Assembly: GCF_963921235.1 (NCBI RefSeq)
Contig: NC_086097.1
Coordinates: 93,126,001 to 93,190,000 of the forward strand
Source of the DNA: Mobula hypostoma
Lineage: Eukaryota
Reading direction: 5' to 3'
Length of the DNA: 64,000 bases
A model generated the notes under the pieces. The model worked only from the letters and a program-made list of their open reading frames with translations. It was not told where the DNA came from and did no database searches. The position numbers and the translations under genes were made by a program. Positions 62,450-64,000 of this stretch are shown one piece after another; position 1 is the first letter of the stretch, and every line of letters begins with the position of its first letter.

Positions 62450-64000
62450 CTCTGGGGGATCAGCTTTTCTGCATTGGGTGCTGTGCAAAGAACTGTTTAG
62501 GGAGATTAAGTAAAAGAACCCCCAGGGGCTAATGATCATAATATGATCAAATTCACCACAAATTTGAGAAGGAGAAGCTGAAGTCAGATATATCGGTGGA
62601 GTAAAGGGAATTACTTGGGCATGAGAGAGGATTTGGCCAGAATTGATTGGAAAGGAATGTGGCAGGGATGATGCAAAGCAACAATGGCTGGAATTTCTGG
62701 AAGCTGTTCAGAAGGCACAGGATATATACATCCCAAGAAGGAAGAAGTATTCTAAAGGAAATACGACACAACTGTGGCTAATAAGAGAAGTCAAAGCCAA
62801 CCTAAAAGCCAAAGAGAGGGCATATAATAGAGCAAAAATTTGTGGGAAGTTAGAGGATTGGGAACCTTTTAAAAACCAATAGAAGGCAGCTAAAAAAGTT
62901 ATTAAGAAGGTAAAGGTGGAATGCAAAAGTAAGCTAGCTAATAATATTAAAGAGGATACCAAAAGTTCCTTCAGATACATAAAGTGTAAAAGAGAGGTGA
63001 GGGTGGATATCAGAATGCTGGAAAATGATGCTGGAGAGGTAGTAATGGGGGACAAGGAAATGGTGGACATATTTTGCATCAGGCATCACTGTGGAAGACA
63101 CTCGTAGTATTTTGGAAGTTCCAGATGTCAGGGGTCAAGAATTATGTGAAGTTACCATTACAAGAGAGAAGGATCTTGGGAAACTGAAAAGCCTGAAGGT
63201 AGATAAGTCACCTGGACCAGATGGTGTACACCTCAGGGTTCTGAAGGAGGTGGCTGAAGAGGTTGTGGAGGCATTAGTAATGATTTCTCAAGAATCATTA
63301 GATTCTGGAATGGTTCTGGCAGACTGGAAAATTACAAATGTCACTCCACTCTTCAAGAAGGGAGAGAGGCAGAAGAAAGGAAATTATAGGCTGGTTAGTC
63401 TGACCTCAGTAGCTGGAATGATTTTGGAGTCGATTACTAAGGATGAGGTCTCAGGGTACTTGGAGGCACATGATAAAATAGGCCGTAATCAGCATGGTTT
63501 TCTCAAGGAGAAATCTTGCCTGACAAATCCATTTGAATTCTTTGAACAAGCAGGATAGACAAAGGAGAATTGGTTGATGTGGTGTAGTTGGATTTTCAGA
63601 AGGCCTTTGACAAGGTGTCACACATAAGGCTGCTTAACAAGCTATGAGCCCAAGGCATTACAGGAAAGATTCTTGCGTAAATAAAGCAGTGGCCAATTGG
63701 CAGGAGGCAAAGAGTGGGAATAGAAGGAGCCTTTTCTGGTGGTTTTCCACAGGGGTCTGTGTTGGGACCGATTCTTTTTACGTTATATGTCAATGATTTG
63801 GATGATGGAATTGTTGGTTTTGTTGCGAAGTTTGCAGATGATATGAAGATAGGTGGAAGGGTGGGTAGTTCTGAGGAAGTAGGGATGCTACAGAAGGAAT
63901 TGGAGAGATTAGGAGAATGGACAAAGAAATGGCAGATGGAATACAGTGTCAGGAAGTGTTTGGTCATGTACTTTTGCAGAAGAAATAAAAGGGTTGACTA
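62450..64000 (+). mobile_element. Decayed CR1 ORF2, running off the window end
   Basis: DKSPGPDGVH, NYRLVSLTSV, QHGF, QGSVLGP, FADD. Confidence 0.93.

Overview
Eukaryotic, almost entirely transposon-derived DNA with no host exon I can recognise. The repeat content (CR1/HER1-type LINEs, HE1-like SINEs, Neptune-type Penelope elements, Rex1/Babar, Tx1) points to a cartilaginous fish, probably a ray; this is inference. The window is a multi-layer nest: three decayed Gypsy proviruses plus an LTR shell and a solo LTR, more than 10 CR1 copies (one nearly intact), Penelope-like elements (PLEs), SINEs, Tc1 and hAT non-autonomous elements, and tandem repeats. Three signals stand out. (1) A U_UUA_AAC slippery heptamer sits directly before the ORF1 stop of the near-intact CR1. 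It is in exact -1 register with an ORF2 that has no AUG ahead of its endonuclease domain, and one-base variants recur in three other CR1 copies, suggesting programmed -1 frameshifting to an esterase-APE-RT fusion. (2) Minimal type-I hammerhead ribozymes occur in PLE terminal repeats, including a TSD-flanked, non-coding fold-back element with one ribozyme on each strand. (3) A PLE>Rex1>CR1 nest contains a 5'-inverted Rex1 (twin-priming signature) that creates an in-frame Rex1-Penelope chimeric ORF. Boundaries were read by eye; those without TSD or TIR support are approximate.
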